A DNA stretch of 64,000 nucleotides, taken from Candidatus Woesearchaeota archaeon (GTDB lineage: Archaea; Nanobdellota; Nanobdellia; Woesearchaeales; JAZDKJ01). A program made the position numbers and the translations under genes. Shown here in pieces: positions 30,277 to 40,961 of this stretch. Each line of letters begins with the position of its first letter. Within the stretch, counting starts at the first letter, position 1. The notes beneath the pieces are model-generated. The model had not been told where the DNA came from. It saw only the letters and a program-made list of their open reading frames with translations, and ran no database searches. The DNA is taken from the NCBI GenBank assembly GCA_043803105.1, contig JAZDKJ010000013.1, positions 51,814-115,813 on the forward strand. The letters are read 5' to 3'.

Positions 30277-31416
30277 CTTCTTGGTAAATATTTTAAATAA
30301 GGTTTGTGCAAGGGTGGAGTTGCTGAAACGCTCCTCTACATCCTTTCTGCCAAGCGCACCGAACCTTGCCCGCAAAGCCTTATCCCTCATTAACAAATCA
30401 ATCTTTTCTGCAAGAAGCTTTGGGTCTTTTGCCTTAACAAGGAAACCATCCTCTCCATCCCTGATTATATACCTCGGACCTGTAAGGTTAGAGGCAACAA
30501 CAGGCACTTTGCAAGCCAAAGACTCTGCAACAGAAAAACCAAACTGCTCTGCCCAAAAAGATGTGGGGACTGAGGGATAGAGCGAGATTGCTGCAGAATT
30601 GAAAGCAGCAGGTATCTGGCCTCTTTCAAGATTCTCAAGAAAAACAATATCGCCTTTATCAAAGTTTTTAATTTCCTGAACCAATTGCGGGTCGTTTTGG
30701 CTTCCGTAGCCCACGAAAAGATATTTGTATGCCCTGCCTCTTTTTCTCAAGATACGAATCGCGTTTAAGATAACCCTAATGCCTTTCATCTCAATAATTC
30801 TGCCGACAAACACAATAGTGTTATCCTTACGAAGGCCAAGTTGTGCGCCAAAATTTGATTTTAATGGCCTGAAGGTTATGGTGTCTACGCCTGAAAGAGG
30901 CATGACTACGAACCTTGCTTTTTTTGCGCCTTTTTGCATAAAAACTTTCCTGACATCAGAGGTTCCTGCAATAAACAAATCCGCGTTTCTGGCAATTAAT
31001 TTCTCCATAATGTTAAGAGGGAAGAACCAAGGTTGAAACAGGTTTTCCCAACTAGTGACCACAAAAGGCACACGCAAAACTTTAGCTGCGAGAAAGGCAG
31101 AAAGCGCGTTAATAGTTGCTGGCTCCTCATGAGCATAAATCACGTCTGGCTTCAAGGAAATGAGCTTAAGAAAAAGTGATGGCATAAAGGACTTATATTG
31201 TGAAGGTGTCCTGCTAAGGAAAACCGACCTCAAGGTGTGGATCCTTAGATTTGCCCTTGAATGGCTCTTGAGATCGTCGTACACATAGGTGCCCCATCTT
31301 GACACAGTAATAATATCCAACTGAATGTTGTAACGTTTTGCCAGCAGGTCAAAAACTGCAAGCGACCTTCTGGCAGTAGGATGATTAAAGGTGAAACCAA
31401 CGATTGCAACCTTCAT
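30265..31416 (-). CDS. Glycosyltransferase family 4
   Basis: GVD, VGRIIEMKG, EQFGFSVAESLAC. Start MKVAIV at 31416. Confidence 0.9.
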   Translation of the reverse strand: MKVAIVGFTFNHPTARRSLAVFDLLAKRYNIQLDIITVSRWGTYVYDDLKSHSRANLRIHTLRSVFLSRTPSQYKSFMPSLFLKLISLKPDVIYAHEEPATINALSAFLAAKVLRVPFVVTSWENLFQPWFFPLNIMEKLIARNADLFIAGTSDVRKVFMQKGAKKARFVVMPLSGVDTITFRPLKSNFGAQLGLRKDNTIVFVGRIIEMKGIRVILNAIRILRKRGRAYKYLFVGYGSQNDPQLVQEIKNFDKGDIVFLENLERGQIPAAFNSAAISLYPSVPTSFWAEQFGFSVAESLACKVPVVASNLTGPRYIIRDGEDGFLVKAKDPKLLAEKIDLLMRDKALRARFGALGRKDVEERFSNSTLAQTLFKIFTKKLRH

Positions 31417-31441
31417 ATCAAACAATCGACGATGTACCGTT

Positions 31442-31453
31442 ATATTTAAATAT
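31442..31453. promoter_or_regulatory. Palindromic TATA element ATATTTAAATAT shared by divergent genes
   Basis: TTTAAATA reads on both strands: 23 nt before ATG 31476 (+) and 26 nt before ATG 31416 (-). Confidence 0.7.
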
Positions 31454-31475
31454 GTATGATTTTTGACTGTGCAGA

Positions 31476-32171
31476 ATGGAAGTGGTAATCCTTTGTGGGG
31501 GGAAGGGTGCAAGGCTGAGGGAATACACTGAAGAGATACCAAAACCCTTGGTCATAGTGGGCAATAAACCAATTCTATGGCATATTATGAAATACTACTC
31601 CTGTTTCGGTCACAAAGACTTTATACTTTGCCTAGGCTACAAGGGAGAAATGATAAGGGATGCGTTCAAGGACAACAAAGAATGGAACATCACATTCCTT
31701 GACACAGGGTTAGAGTCAAACAAGGGACAAAGACTGAAATTGGCCAGAACATATATCAAGGGCAGCGACTTTCTTGTGGCATACGGCGATGACCTAGCAA
31801 ACGTGGACATCAAGAAAACATTGGAATTGCACAAGAGCTTGAACAAGACTGTGACACTTACTGCAGTGCAAATGGAATCTCAGTTCGGCATTTTAGAGAT
31901 AAACCAAACAAGCGAAATACTGAATTTCAAGGAAAAACCCATGCTTGATTATTGGATAAATGGAGGGTTTTTCGTAATGAAAAAAACAATATTTGAGGAA
32001 ATACAAGACGGATGGGACCTGGAAAAAGAAACTTTTAACCAGCTCGTAAAGAAAAGGGAGATAATAGCTTACAAACACAAGGGCTTTTGGAAATGCATGA
32101 ACACGTTCAAGGATGCAGAAGAGCTTAACCAATTATGGAATGAGGGGAAAACACCATGGAAAATATGGTAG
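31476..32171 (+). CDS. rfbF: Glucose-1-phosphate cytidylyltransferase (RfbF/DdhA-like)
   Basis: LCGGKGARLREYTEEIPKPL, LCLGYKG, DTG, YGDDL, WINGGFF, HKGFWKCMNT. Confidence 0.8.
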   Translation: MEVVILCGGKGARLREYTEEIPKPLVIVGNKPILWHIMKYYSCFGHKDFILCLGYKGEMIRDAFKDNKEWNITFLDTGLESNKGQRLKLARTYIKGSDFLVAYGDDLANVDIKKTLELHKSLNKTVTLTAVQMESQFGILEINQTSEILNFKEKPMLDYWINGGFFVMKKTIFEEIQDGWDLEKETFNQLVKKREIIAYKHKGFWKCMNTFKDAEELNQLWNEGKTPWKIW

Positions 32172-33142
32172 ACTTTTGGAAGGGAAAAAAAGCACTTGTC
32201 AGCGGCGCAGACGGATTTGTGGGTTCGTGGGTTGCAAAGAAACTGATTGACAGCAAGGCTCAGGTAGTTGCGATAGTGAGAGATGAAAAAGCTGAGGGAA
32301 ACTTAAAAATATTAGGGTTAACAGACAAAATCACAATAGTACGAGGGGATATCACAGACTTAGAGACAGTAGAGCGAACAATCAATGAGTATGAAATCGA
32401 CAGCTGCTTTCACTTGGCTGCACAAGCAATAGTAGGCATAGCTAATCGATCGCCGCTCTCAACCTTTAACTCAAATATCAAGGGAACATGGACTGTACTT
32501 GAGGCTTGCAGAAGAAGCCCAAAAGTGGAAAGGATAGTAGTCGCAAGCAGTGACAAGGCCTATGGAACGCAGAAGAAACTGCCTTATACTGAAGATGCAC
32601 CGCTCCTTGGGAGCAACCCGTACGATGCGTCTAAAGCATGCACAGACATTGTTGCAAGAAGTTATTACTCAACCTACAGCTTGCCTGTAGCTGTAACCAG
32701 ATGCGCCAATATTTACGGCGGCGGAGACCTCAATTTCAGCAGGATAATACCTGACGCAATAAGATGCATCTTAGCAAATGAAAACTTTGTAATAAGAAGC
32801 GATGGTACTCCGGAGAGAGACTACATGTATGTGGAAGACGCTGCAAGTGCATATCTTACACTTGCAGAACAGTGCGCCAGAAATGAAGTTAAAGGCCAAG
32901 CCTTTAATTTCGGAACAGGCACCCCAGTAAGCGTATTAGCCCTCTTTGCGAAAATTGCTGGCCTGTGCGGAAAAGAAGAATTCAAGCCTACAGTACTAGG
33001 GCAGGCAAAAAATGAGATAGACAGGCAGTTTCTGGATTCTAACAAAGCCAAAAGAATACTCAATTGGGCGCCAAGGTACTCACTTGATGATGGCCTTAAG
33101 AAAACAATCCAGTGGTACAAGAACTACTTTAAAATGAATTAG
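32165..33142 (+). CDS. NDP-hexose 4,6-dehydratase (RfbG/DdhB-like)
   Basis: FWKGKKALVSGADGFVG, HLAAQAIV, SSDKAYG, YDASK, NIYGGGD. Directly follows the rfbF-like gene. Confidence 0.8.
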   Translation: MVDFWKGKKALVSGADGFVGSWVAKKLIDSKAQVVAIVRDEKAEGNLKILGLTDKITIVRGDITDLETVERTINEYEIDSCFHLAAQAIVGIANRSPLSTFNSNIKGTWTVLEACRRSPKVERIVVASSDKAYGTQKKLPYTEDAPLLGSNPYDASKACTDIVARSYYSTYSLPVAVTRCANIYGGGDLNFSRIIPDAIRCILANENFVIRSDGTPERDYMYVEDAASAYLTLAEQCARNEVKGQAFNFGTGTPVSVLALFAKIAGLCGKEEFKPTVLGQAKNEIDRQFLDSNKAKRILNWAPRYSLDDGLKKTIQWYKNYFKMN

Positions 33143-33151
33143 AATATTTTT

Positions 33152-34555
33152 CTAGACAAGGGTCTTGCACACAGACAGTCCTGCCTTGAAGCTTTCTTTT
33201 AGTGCTCTTGGAGAAGAGCAAGAGCGCAACACAGTCCTGAAGATTGGTTTTGGCCTAAGATAATAGCTTCTGAAAGCGAGCTTGAAAAGGTCGTATAATT
33301 CAATTTCAGTCATATTCTCTGGCCTAAAGGTCGGTCTATTAAAAATTGAGAAGTCAGACCATTTTTTCACGAGCATACGATTTTTCAAACGCTCATAGTC
33401 TGGAGTACCTGGGTAGGGAACAAGTATGTGAAACTTTGCCACGTCAGGATCGAGTTCTCGTGCGAACCTGATAGTGTCCATCGCAGTCTGCCTGGTTTCC
33501 CCTTTCAAGCCCAAAATGAAAAAGCCCCAGGTCTCATAGTTGAATCTCTTGGCAAGCTTGAAGGCATCACGAACCTGCTGGAGTGTTATGCCCTTGCCAA
33601 TATTGTTCAGTATTTGCTGGTTTCCGCTTTCGACGCCAAAGACCATCGCATAGAAACCAATGGAACGCATTTGTGCCAATAATTCGCGGTTGATTGAATC
33701 AACCCTCAAGCCATTATGTGGGTAGAATGCCAGGTCCAGGCGTTCGTGCCTTACTAAATTGCAGAAATCCAGAACCCTATTCTTGTCCATACTGAATGTG
33801 TCGTCAGAAATATGGATTTCAGAAATGCCATAGTCTGCAACCAACATATTCAGTTCAGCCAAGATATTGGCTGCGCTTCGCTTGCGATAGACATATCCTG
33901 AAATATTCTTGTTGCAATAGGAGCACCTAAATGGGCAGCCTCTGCTTGTCACAATGTTTGTCAGTGGATGCCTACGGGCACCAAAGTAATGGTACTTGTC
34001 CATCTTCAAAAGGTGCCTTGCAGGCAGAGGGTACTTGTCTAGATCCTTTTCAGGCAATCTTTCGCAAGTGTTGATAAACTTCTTGCCACTCTTAAACGAA
34101 ATGCCGTTGACCCTAGAGAATTCCTTCAAGTTAAACCCATGTTTTTGATGTGTGGTCACCAATTCAAGAAAGCTTTGCTCAGCTTCCCCACGGACTACAA
34201 CATCAGCATGCTGCAAGGCTTCGTATGGCAGGGCAGTTGGGTGAGGCCCTCCAAGAACATACAACAACCGAGGAAAGGTTTTACGTAAGTTGTCAATTAT
34301 GGAATATGCGTTATCAGCGGTCGGCGTATTTGCAGTAATACCAACAACTGATGGACTGAACTTGTCAACTTCCTTGCATAAACTCTGCGCAGTATATAGT
34401 TCAACACTCAAGTCAATGATCCTAATCTCATGACCCCTGCTCTCGAGAAAAGCTGCTATATAGGCCAAACCGAGCGGAGGATACTCCGGGGTAATCTCTT
34501 TAAGAACACCATAAATGTCTCCGGTCGGAGGCTTGACCAACAAAACCCTTGCCAT
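33152..34555 (-). CDS. B12-binding radical SAM protein
   Basis: PPLGLAYIA, GGPHPT, GEAE, SRGCPFRCSYC, DDTF, GVESGN, PYPGT. Confidence 0.92.
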   Translation of the reverse strand: MARVLLVKPPTGDIYGVLKEITPEYPPLGLAYIAAFLESRGHEIRIIDLSVELYTAQSLCKEVDKFSPSVVGITANTPTADNAYSIIDNLRKTFPRLLYVLGGPHPTALPYEALQHADVVVRGEAEQSFLELVTTHQKHGFNLKEFSRVNGISFKSGKKFINTCERLPEKDLDKYPLPARHLLKMDKYHYFGARRHPLTNIVTSRGCPFRCSYCNKNISGYVYRKRSAANILAELNMLVADYGISEIHISDDTFSMDKNRVLDFCNLVRHERLDLAFYPHNGLRVDSINRELLAQMRSIGFYAMVFGVESGNQQILNNIGKGITLQQVRDAFKLAKRFNYETWGFFILGLKGETRQTAMDTIRFARELDPDVAKFHILVPYPGTPDYERLKNRMLVKKWSDFSIFNRPTFRPENMTEIELYDLFKLAFRSYYLRPKPIFRTVLRSCSSPRALKESFKAGLSVCKTLV

Positions 34556-34605
34556 AATCAAGGCACCCCGCAATCAGTGTGGTTATGTTGTTCATTCATA
34601 ATTTC

Positions 34606-36192
34606 TCAGCACCTCGAGAGTAAAGCAGTAAACTCTTTGGGAATAAAATTAAGGTGATTCTTAAACCAGCAGGCAAGCCCTGCTGGCTTTTGCTCTTGAA
34701 CTTGCTCTAAAGTCCCATTAAGCGGAGTGGTTATTCTGTAGATTCGGACAGCATAGGTGTTGGCATGTGTGATAGTGGCTATCAGGCCAGAGTTAGCTGT
34801 GACAAACTCCAAGTATCCTTTAGGTAAGGGTTCATAATTGCTATGGAAGAATGCTATGTTGTCTTCAAGAGGAGAGTTCCCAGTTACATGATTATTGAAA
34901 TTTGGGACAAGAACAAAATCTCCCTGTTTGAGAGCACCTGCGGATATCCTATCATTAATCAGGGGATGTATAATAGCACCCCTTTCATAGGGTTGGCCCC
35001 ATTTATACAGTGCAAATTCGTCACCCATATAGTACTTCAAAGGCCAGACAGTGTTCCAGGCAACATGAACAGTTGCATTTTCGGGAAGATTGGCCTCCAA
35101 GTAACTTCCTGTGCTGCTAAGCATATGAAAATTGTTCAGCCTGCCGATCCAGTAGACGCTGAAAAATGTGCAGGAAACCAAGACAAGGAGGAGCAAAATT
35201 CCTGAGATTACCTTTTTATTAAGGTTGATCACCATGCCAACAAAGATGCTAACAAAGGGCAGGATCATCAGCAAATGCCTTGGGTATTTGCGGCCTTGAA
35301 CAAAGACTATGATCAAATAAGCAACAACAAGAAAGACCACTAACAAATCCCGCCTGGTTTGCTTCTTGTTCCTGCGAAAGATCCAGAACAGAAGTAAAAA
35401 GAAGAAAAGGCCAAAAAGCAGAGGGGAAAGCCCATCAAAAAGAACAGAAAAATAATAGTAAAAAGGACGCTCAACAATCAATGACTGAAGATAGCTCCAC
35501 ATAGCAACATTGTATCCGAGCATAAAAAAATATCTAATCTTGAACTGAAGAATCACAACAGAAGCCAAAACAGCGGAGCCATTTGCCACCAGTGCATTGA
35601 ACCAGGGAAACTGCTTCCTGTGATAAAAAAACAAGAATATCCAATAGAGTGCCCACAGGACAACTGCATTGTACTTGGTAAAGAAAGCAAGAATAAATGA
35701 AACGCCTGACAAAGCAGCAATCACAGTACTTTTCCTGCGCAGAGAGAACTCTGAAAGGAATATGGCCAATAAAACAAAAAAGGTAAGTGCAATATCACTA
35801 TAGGCAAACCTGCTGTAAATGACATGCAACGGCATGACTGCAATGATTGAGGCAGCAAAAAGCGCTACTTTATTACCATAATACAGCCTGGCAAGAAGGA
35901 AAACAAGAACAACAGTAAAAACACCAAGGACAGCAGAGGCCAATCTCACAGAGAACTCGCTAAAACCAAGAAAATGCAGAGAAATTGCGTTCAACCAAGC
36001 AAAGACCGGAGGCTGCTCACCTTTATAGAAATCCCAAGGATTGATGCCTTGGAAGGCAAGTATACTACCAGAATGGGCAGTCAGGCTCTCATCAAAAAAG
36101 AAATCAGTACCGCCAAGCATAACAAACCTAAATATTGCACTGGCAAAGACAATACAGAGCAAAGCAACAAAAACCCTATGACTAAACAGCAT
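34606..36192 (-). CDS. GT-C-fold (ArnT/GT83-like) membrane glycosyltransferase
   Basis: FFDES, QPP, GFSEFSVRL, SRFAYSD, FTKY, many TM segments. Confidence 0.85.
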   Translation of the reverse strand: MLFSHRVFVALLCIVFASAIFRFVMLGGTDFFFDESLTAHSGSILAFQGINPWDFYKGEQPPVFAWLNAISLHFLGFSEFSVRLASAVLGVFTVVLVFLLARLYYGNKVALFAASIIAVMPLHVIYSRFAYSDIALTFFVLLAIFLSEFSLRRKSTVIAALSGVSFILAFFTKYNAVVLWALYWIFLFFYHRKQFPWFNALVANGSAVLASVVILQFKIRYFFMLGYNVAMWSYLQSLIVERPFYYYFSVLFDGLSPLLFGLFFFLLLFWIFRRNKKQTRRDLLVVFLVVAYLIIVFVQGRKYPRHLLMILPFVSIFVGMVINLNKKVISGILLLLVLVSCTFFSVYWIGRLNNFHMLSSTGSYLEANLPENATVHVAWNTVWPLKYYMGDEFALYKWGQPYERGAIIHPLINDRISAGALKQGDFVLVPNFNNHVTGNSPLEDNIAFFHSNYEPLPKGYLEFVTANSGLIATITHANTYAVRIYRITTPLNGTLEQVQEQKPAGLACWFKNHLNFIPKEFTALLSRC

Positions 36193-36273
36193 CTTGATAA
36201 AAGAAACCTTGATTGGGTATTTATCTCTTTGCCTCGCCAGGCTCTTAAATCATAAAATTGCTGCCAATAATAT

Positions 36274-37296
36274 TCATACCAGCCTTTGATATCCATAGTG
36301 GGTCATTTGTGCGACACTTGACCAAGAATATTGTGAAGAAAGCTTCAAAAAATCATGAGACATCCTCTTCTGCAAGGCTTTATTGCCAAGCAAGGCCAAA
36401 ATCTTTTCTGCAAGATCAAGGTAGTCATCAGACCTAAAATAAAGTGCCATACCCTGAGTGTATTCCCTAAAGGGAACCAAATCGGAAAGAACACAGGGAA
36501 GATTCCAGCTCACTACATGGCAGAAAATGCCTGACATTGTAATACGCCTGTATGGCAAGACTGCAATCTCGCTGTTTCGGAACAAAGCGAAGAGATTTTT
36601 CTCCTCGATATATTTATCGTTGATGGTCACGTTCCTCTCAAGGGAAAGTTCTTTTACAAGTGATCGCAGCTTCTCTGCATAGTCCTTATGATGTGCTTTT
36701 CCTGCGATGATCAACCTCACCTTAGGCTTTGTTTTAACAACGAAGGAGAGAGCACGGATGGCAAGGTCATGACCTTTCCACGGATTTATAAATCCTGGAA
36801 GCAGGATATTGCCTTTCTTAGGGTTTCTTTTAACTTTACGAAGAATAATGCCGTGAGGGATTATGGTTGATTTCTTGACAAGAGAAGCTGAGAGGACGCG
36901 CTGCTGAAAAGCTGTATGGGCTATGAGCAAGTCAGCACGATGATAAACAATGTTGTGAAACAATTTCACAAGAGGCGCAAATACAAGATTGGCATAATCC
37001 TCATGCAGAGTGATTACCAACTTTGCCTTGCCTCTAATAAAAAATAGCACTGGCAAGAAGAAAAAGAGAAAATCACCAAGATGATATTGGATGTGCACAA
37101 TGTCATAATTCAAGAAAGCATGGCTTAAGCGTCTAATATTGGTAAATGGGCTCAGAAGCTTGCTAAAAAAACCGTCATAATTCCATGGGAGAACATCAAC
37201 AGTGTCAATCTTGCCAAGCTCCTTTGCAAGATAAGAAGTATATGTGCCTATCCCGCTCTGCTTCGGAGGATAAGAAGAAACCAGGCAGACCCTCAT
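36274..37296 (-). CDS. Glycosyltransferase family 4
   Basis: SYPPKQSGIGTY, IPHG, GFINPWKG, LPYRRITMSG. TATA at 37319-37326 gives start 37296. Confidence 0.9.
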   Translation of the reverse strand: MRVCLVSSYPPKQSGIGTYTSYLAKELGKIDTVDVLPWNYDGFFSKLLSPFTNIRRLSHAFLNYDIVHIQYHLGDFLFFFLPVLFFIRGKAKLVITLHEDYANLVFAPLVKLFHNIVYHRADLLIAHTAFQQRVLSASLVKKSTIIPHGIILRKVKRNPKKGNILLPGFINPWKGHDLAIRALSFVVKTKPKVRLIIAGKAHHKDYAEKLRSLVKELSLERNVTINDKYIEEKNLFALFRNSEIAVLPYRRITMSGIFCHVVSWNLPCVLSDLVPFREYTQGMALYFRSDDYLDLAEKILALLGNKALQKRMSHDFLKLSSQYSWSSVAQMTHYGYQRLV

Positions 37297-37417
37297 ACCG
37301 CTAAAAAAACTGCGTGAATATTTAAATGTATCAGGCAAGGTTCAAGACAAGGTTGCAGATACAGCGGTAGGGACTATTGCAAACATATTTAAATAAATCC
37401 AAGAAAACCAAAATAGC

Positions 37418-38140
37418 ATGGAATTTCGCAAGCTGTCCATAATTATGCCAGTATTCAATGAGCAGAACACAATCAAGACTATCCTAGGAAAGGTGTTGAG
37501 CGTCAAGCTTCCCGTAGCAAAAGAGATTATAATCGTAAACGACGGGAGCACCGATAATTCTGAGGCGATAATACTTGAATTCATGAAGAGACACCATAAG
37601 AGCGAAATAAAGTACTTCAAGAAACAGAATGGCGGCAAAGGAAGCGCAATCAGGCTTGGCTTCTCCAAGGCAACCGGAGACATAATAACAGTGCAGGATG
37701 CAGACCTTGAGTATGAGCCTGAAGACTTCAAAAGACTTTTGCAGCCGATAGTAAACAATGAGACAAAGGCTGTCTACGGCAGCAGATACATAGGAAAGGA
37801 AGGGTACTTTAAATCAAAGCATCACATCTGGTATTTTGTCCATCTGCTGGGAAACTGGGGGCTAAGTCTGATCACAAGTATAGTATTCTTCACGAAAATC
37901 ACGGACATGGAGACATGCTATAAGATGTTCACAAGGGAAGTAATGAAAGGATTAGAGCTAAAGTCAGATGGATTTGGAATAGAACCTGAGATCACTGCAA
38001 AGATATTGCGGAGAGGGTACAAAATAAAGGAGATAAGGATAAACTACAAATCAAGGGACTTTTCTGAAGGGAAAAAGATCACCTGGAGAGACGGATTAAA
38101 GGCCTTCGGATATCTCTTGTACTTCAGGGTTTTTGACTAA
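37418..38140 (+). CDS. GT2 polyprenol-phosphate glycosyltransferase (DPM1-like)
   Basis: MPVFNE, NDGSTD, GKGSA, QDADLEY, TDMETCYK, FGIEPEIT, EGKKITWRDG. Confidence 0.92.
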   Translation: MEFRKLSIIMPVFNEQNTIKTILGKVLSVKLPVAKEIIIVNDGSTDNSEAIILEFMKRHHKSEIKYFKKQNGGKGSAIRLGFSKATGDIITVQDADLEYEPEDFKRLLQPIVNNETKAVYGSRYIGKEGYFKSKHHIWYFVHLLGNWGLSLITSIVFFTKITDMETCYKMFTREVMKGLELKSDGFGIEPEITAKILRRGYKIKEIRINYKSRDFSEGKKITWRDGLKAFGYLLYFRVFD

Positions 38141-38148
38141 GGGCATAA

Positions 38149-39693
38149 ATGAAAATCTTAAAGTTTGCTAGGAAACACAAGGTTGCAGCAGTAATCATCC
38201 TAGCGATAGTCATCAGGCTTACAGTGGCACTGATGTACTCAACTGCTGGTGACTCTTGCAGCCACTTCTACACTACACTCTTTTTTGCACGACACCTGAG
38301 ACTTCCTGGCTACGGCGAGGTTACCCATGATGAAGTTCCATTCTTTGCACCACCATTCTTTTACGTTACTGCAGGACTCCTATCAAGACTGCTAGGGGTA
38401 GGCACTGTAGCCGCATTTATCTTCATCAAGCTCTCACCCGTATTTTTTGGAAGCCTGCAAATCTTTTTCTCGTACCTCATCGTGAAGAAACTCGCGAACG
38501 AGAAATATGCATTCTGGTCAACGGTTTTCCTATCATTCTTACCTTTACACATATTCTACAGTTCAGTGACATTTACAGACATGCCTGTAGCATTTCTTGT
38601 TACGTTATCATTATTTTTCCTTATTAACAAAAGATATAGCTGGTCGGCAATCGCATGCGGGGCAGCAGTACTAACAAAGAGCTCTGCACTGTTCTTTTTG
38701 CCGGTCGTTATACTATACTACTACTTGGAGATAATTGCCGGTTCAGAGTCTGTTCGTAAGTATCAAATGTTTATTCTGAGAAACCTCAAGTATTGGTTTG
38801 TTGGCGCACTTACAGGTTCAATCTGGTTAATAAGAAACTATCTCGTGTTCAGAAATCCATTCTATCCATTCTTAGGAAACATCTTTCGGTCAACTGGCGA
38901 GGTAGTAAGAACAACTAGCTATAACTTTAGCTTGCACCCTTTACTGGTTCCAAAGAATTACGCAGAGTTTGTTCTGGATTTTTTCGGATTGCCTAGCGGT
39001 AGGATTTCTCTAATAAGCTCAGTGTTCAAGGGAAAACTTTTTGTCCTGTTCTGTTTATGGCTGAGCGTGTGTATCATAATATCATTGCCTTTTTTATTTG
39101 GCCTATGGGGATCTACCAAGAGGTGGAAACGGCTGGATAACAAAATAAAGAAAACTGTCGCATTGTCCTTGGGGCTGGTTGCCGCTTTCTTTGTAATGCA
39201 GATGATATACTTCACCTACTGGCATGAGTCTTTCACACGGTTGATTCTGCCTTCCATAATCGGCTACGCCTTTTTCTGGGCATACGGGACAGAATTCTTG
39301 CTGGGAAAACTAAGTAAGAATTACAAAAAACTCTTCTACATCCTCCTGTGCGGGGTGATAGTAATGTTTGTTTCAGGAGAGATTGTCAAAGTGACTTATG
39401 CAACGTCACTAAGGAGCAAATACTTTCCAGACTACCAATGGATCGCAAAAAACACGCCAAAAAACGCTAAGATTTACGAAGAGGGAGATGTCTGCATACA
39501 GTTCTACACAGGCAGAATATCGATGATAAACCCCAAGCGCATTCAAGATGCACAATACATATTCCAAAGCAAGCTCACACCGCTAATACCTTATGAGATA
39601 AAAAGACTGAACCTAAACGAGACTCTTAAGGACTACAAGCTTGTGTATTCAAATCCGAATAGCCAAACCAGCATCTACGAGCGGAAAAGCTAG
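38149..39693 (+). CDS. GT-C-fold (ArnT-like) membrane glycosyltransferase
   Basis: GD in first loop, APPFFY, FTD, LTKS, W.IRNY..FRNPFYPF, WIAKNTPKNA C-terminal domain. Confidence 0.8.
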   Translation: MKILKFARKHKVAAVIILAIVIRLTVALMYSTAGDSCSHFYTTLFFARHLRLPGYGEVTHDEVPFFAPPFFYVTAGLLSRLLGVGTVAAFIFIKLSPVFFGSLQIFFSYLIVKKLANEKYAFWSTVFLSFLPLHIFYSSVTFTDMPVAFLVTLSLFFLINKRYSWSAIACGAAVLTKSSALFFLPVVILYYYLEIIAGSESVRKYQMFILRNLKYWFVGALTGSIWLIRNYLVFRNPFYPFLGNIFRSTGEVVRTTSYNFSLHPLLVPKNYAEFVLDFFGLPSGRISLISSVFKGKLFVLFCLWLSVCIIISLPFLFGLWGSTKRWKRLDNKIKKTVALSLGLVAAFFVMQMIYFTYWHESFTRLILPSIIGYAFFWAYGTEFLLGKLSKNYKKLFYILLCGVIVMFVSGEIVKVTYATSLRSKYFPDYQWIAKNTPKNAKIYEEGDVCIQFYTGRISMINPKRIQDAQYIFQSKLTPLIPYEIKRLNLNETLKDYKLVYSNPNSQTSIYERKS

Positions 39694-39736
39694 TTCTCGC
39701 AAAAGTTTATAAATCTCACAGGGCTCTTGCATATTG

Positions 39737-40957
39737 ATGGACAGGGTGGACTTGATGAGGCTTCTTGACAAGTATATAGGGATACCCATATGTCTTATAC
39801 TGTCCACACTGGAACTGGTGAGAAAGCCTTTTGTCAGCAACAAGGGCAGGCCAATAAAGAAGATTCTCATAATACAAATATCAGAGATGGGAAGCACAAT
39901 ACATGCATACTCAAGCATGAAACTACTGAAGAGCAAACACCCAGAGGCAAAAATATTCTACCTGATATTCAAGGAAATGCAGGAAAGCATCAAGCTGCTC
40001 AGAATAATTCCTGACGAAAACATATTGACAATACGCAGCAGCTCAACAGCTGGATTTATTTTTGACACAATCAAAACAATCGTGAAAATCAGGATGCTTA
40101 GGATAGACACAACAATCGACCTTGAACTATTTGCACGATTTTCGAACATCCTAAGCTATCTTTCCGAGGCGCAAAAAAGGATCGGGTTTGATGCCTTCAA
40201 GATGGAAGGGCTATACAGGGGAAGCCTGCTTACACACAGGGTGATATACAACCACACTACAGCCATAAGCGCAAACTTTTTGGCTCTCGCAAAGGCTACG
40301 CTACATGATCAGAGTGAGAGCCCGTTATTGAAATCAAGCGTTTCAGGCTGGAAGGCTGAAGTGCCAAAAATCGTGTCTACCCCAAGAGAAAAAGAGTTGA
40401 TCAGGAAAAGGCTTGAGAAAATAAATCCTTCAATAAAGAACAAAAAGCACCTAGTGCTAATCAATCCGAATGCAAGCCAGCTCTTGCCACTAAGAAGATG
40501 GCCTGTTGAGAACTACATAGAACTTGCGAGACGCCTGCTAAAAAATGAAGGCACTTATGTTGTAGTGACTGGAGTGAAGGCAGAAAAGGCAGAGGCACAG
40601 GCAATATGCAAGGCAGTAGACAGTCCAAGATGCATTGATTTTACAGGTGAGACAACGCTTCGGACATTGATAGACCTTTACAATGTCTCGGATTTGTTAG
40701 TATCAAACGACAGCGGGCCACCGAACTTCGCATCACTAACAACGATGAGCACCATCGTGCTATTTGGGCCGGAAACACCGCTCTGCTACAAGCCATTGGG
40801 AGAAAACATAAAGGTCATCTACTCAAACTTTGCATGCAGCCCTTGCGTCAGTGCATACAATCATAGAAAATCCGCGTGCAAAGACAACAAATGCCTACAG
40901 GCAATAAGCGTTGAGAAGGTTTACAATGCAGCGATGAACGAGCTAAAGGCTGCTTAA
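39737..40957 (+). CDS. Glycosyltransferase family 9 (heptosyltransferase-like)
   Basis: EMGS, RRWPVENY, GETTL, SNDSGPPNFA, LFGP, CSPC..C.DNKCL. TATA at 39706-39713. Confidence 0.88.
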   Translation: MDRVDLMRLLDKYIGIPICLILSTLELVRKPFVSNKGRPIKKILIIQISEMGSTIHAYSSMKLLKSKHPEAKIFYLIFKEMQESIKLLRIIPDENILTIRSSSTAGFIFDTIKTIVKIRMLRIDTTIDLELFARFSNILSYLSEAQKRIGFDAFKMEGLYRGSLLTHRVIYNHTTAISANFLALAKATLHDQSESPLLKSSVSGWKAEVPKIVSTPREKELIRKRLEKINPSIKNKKHLVLINPNASQLLPLRRWPVENYIELARRLLKNEGTYVVVTGVKAEKAEAQAICKAVDSPRCIDFTGETTLRTLIDLYNVSDLLVSNDSGPPNFASLTTMSTIVLFGPETPLCYKPLGENIKVIYSNFACSPCVSAYNHRKSACKDNKCLQAISVEKVYNAAMNELKAA

Positions 40958-40961
40958 ACAA

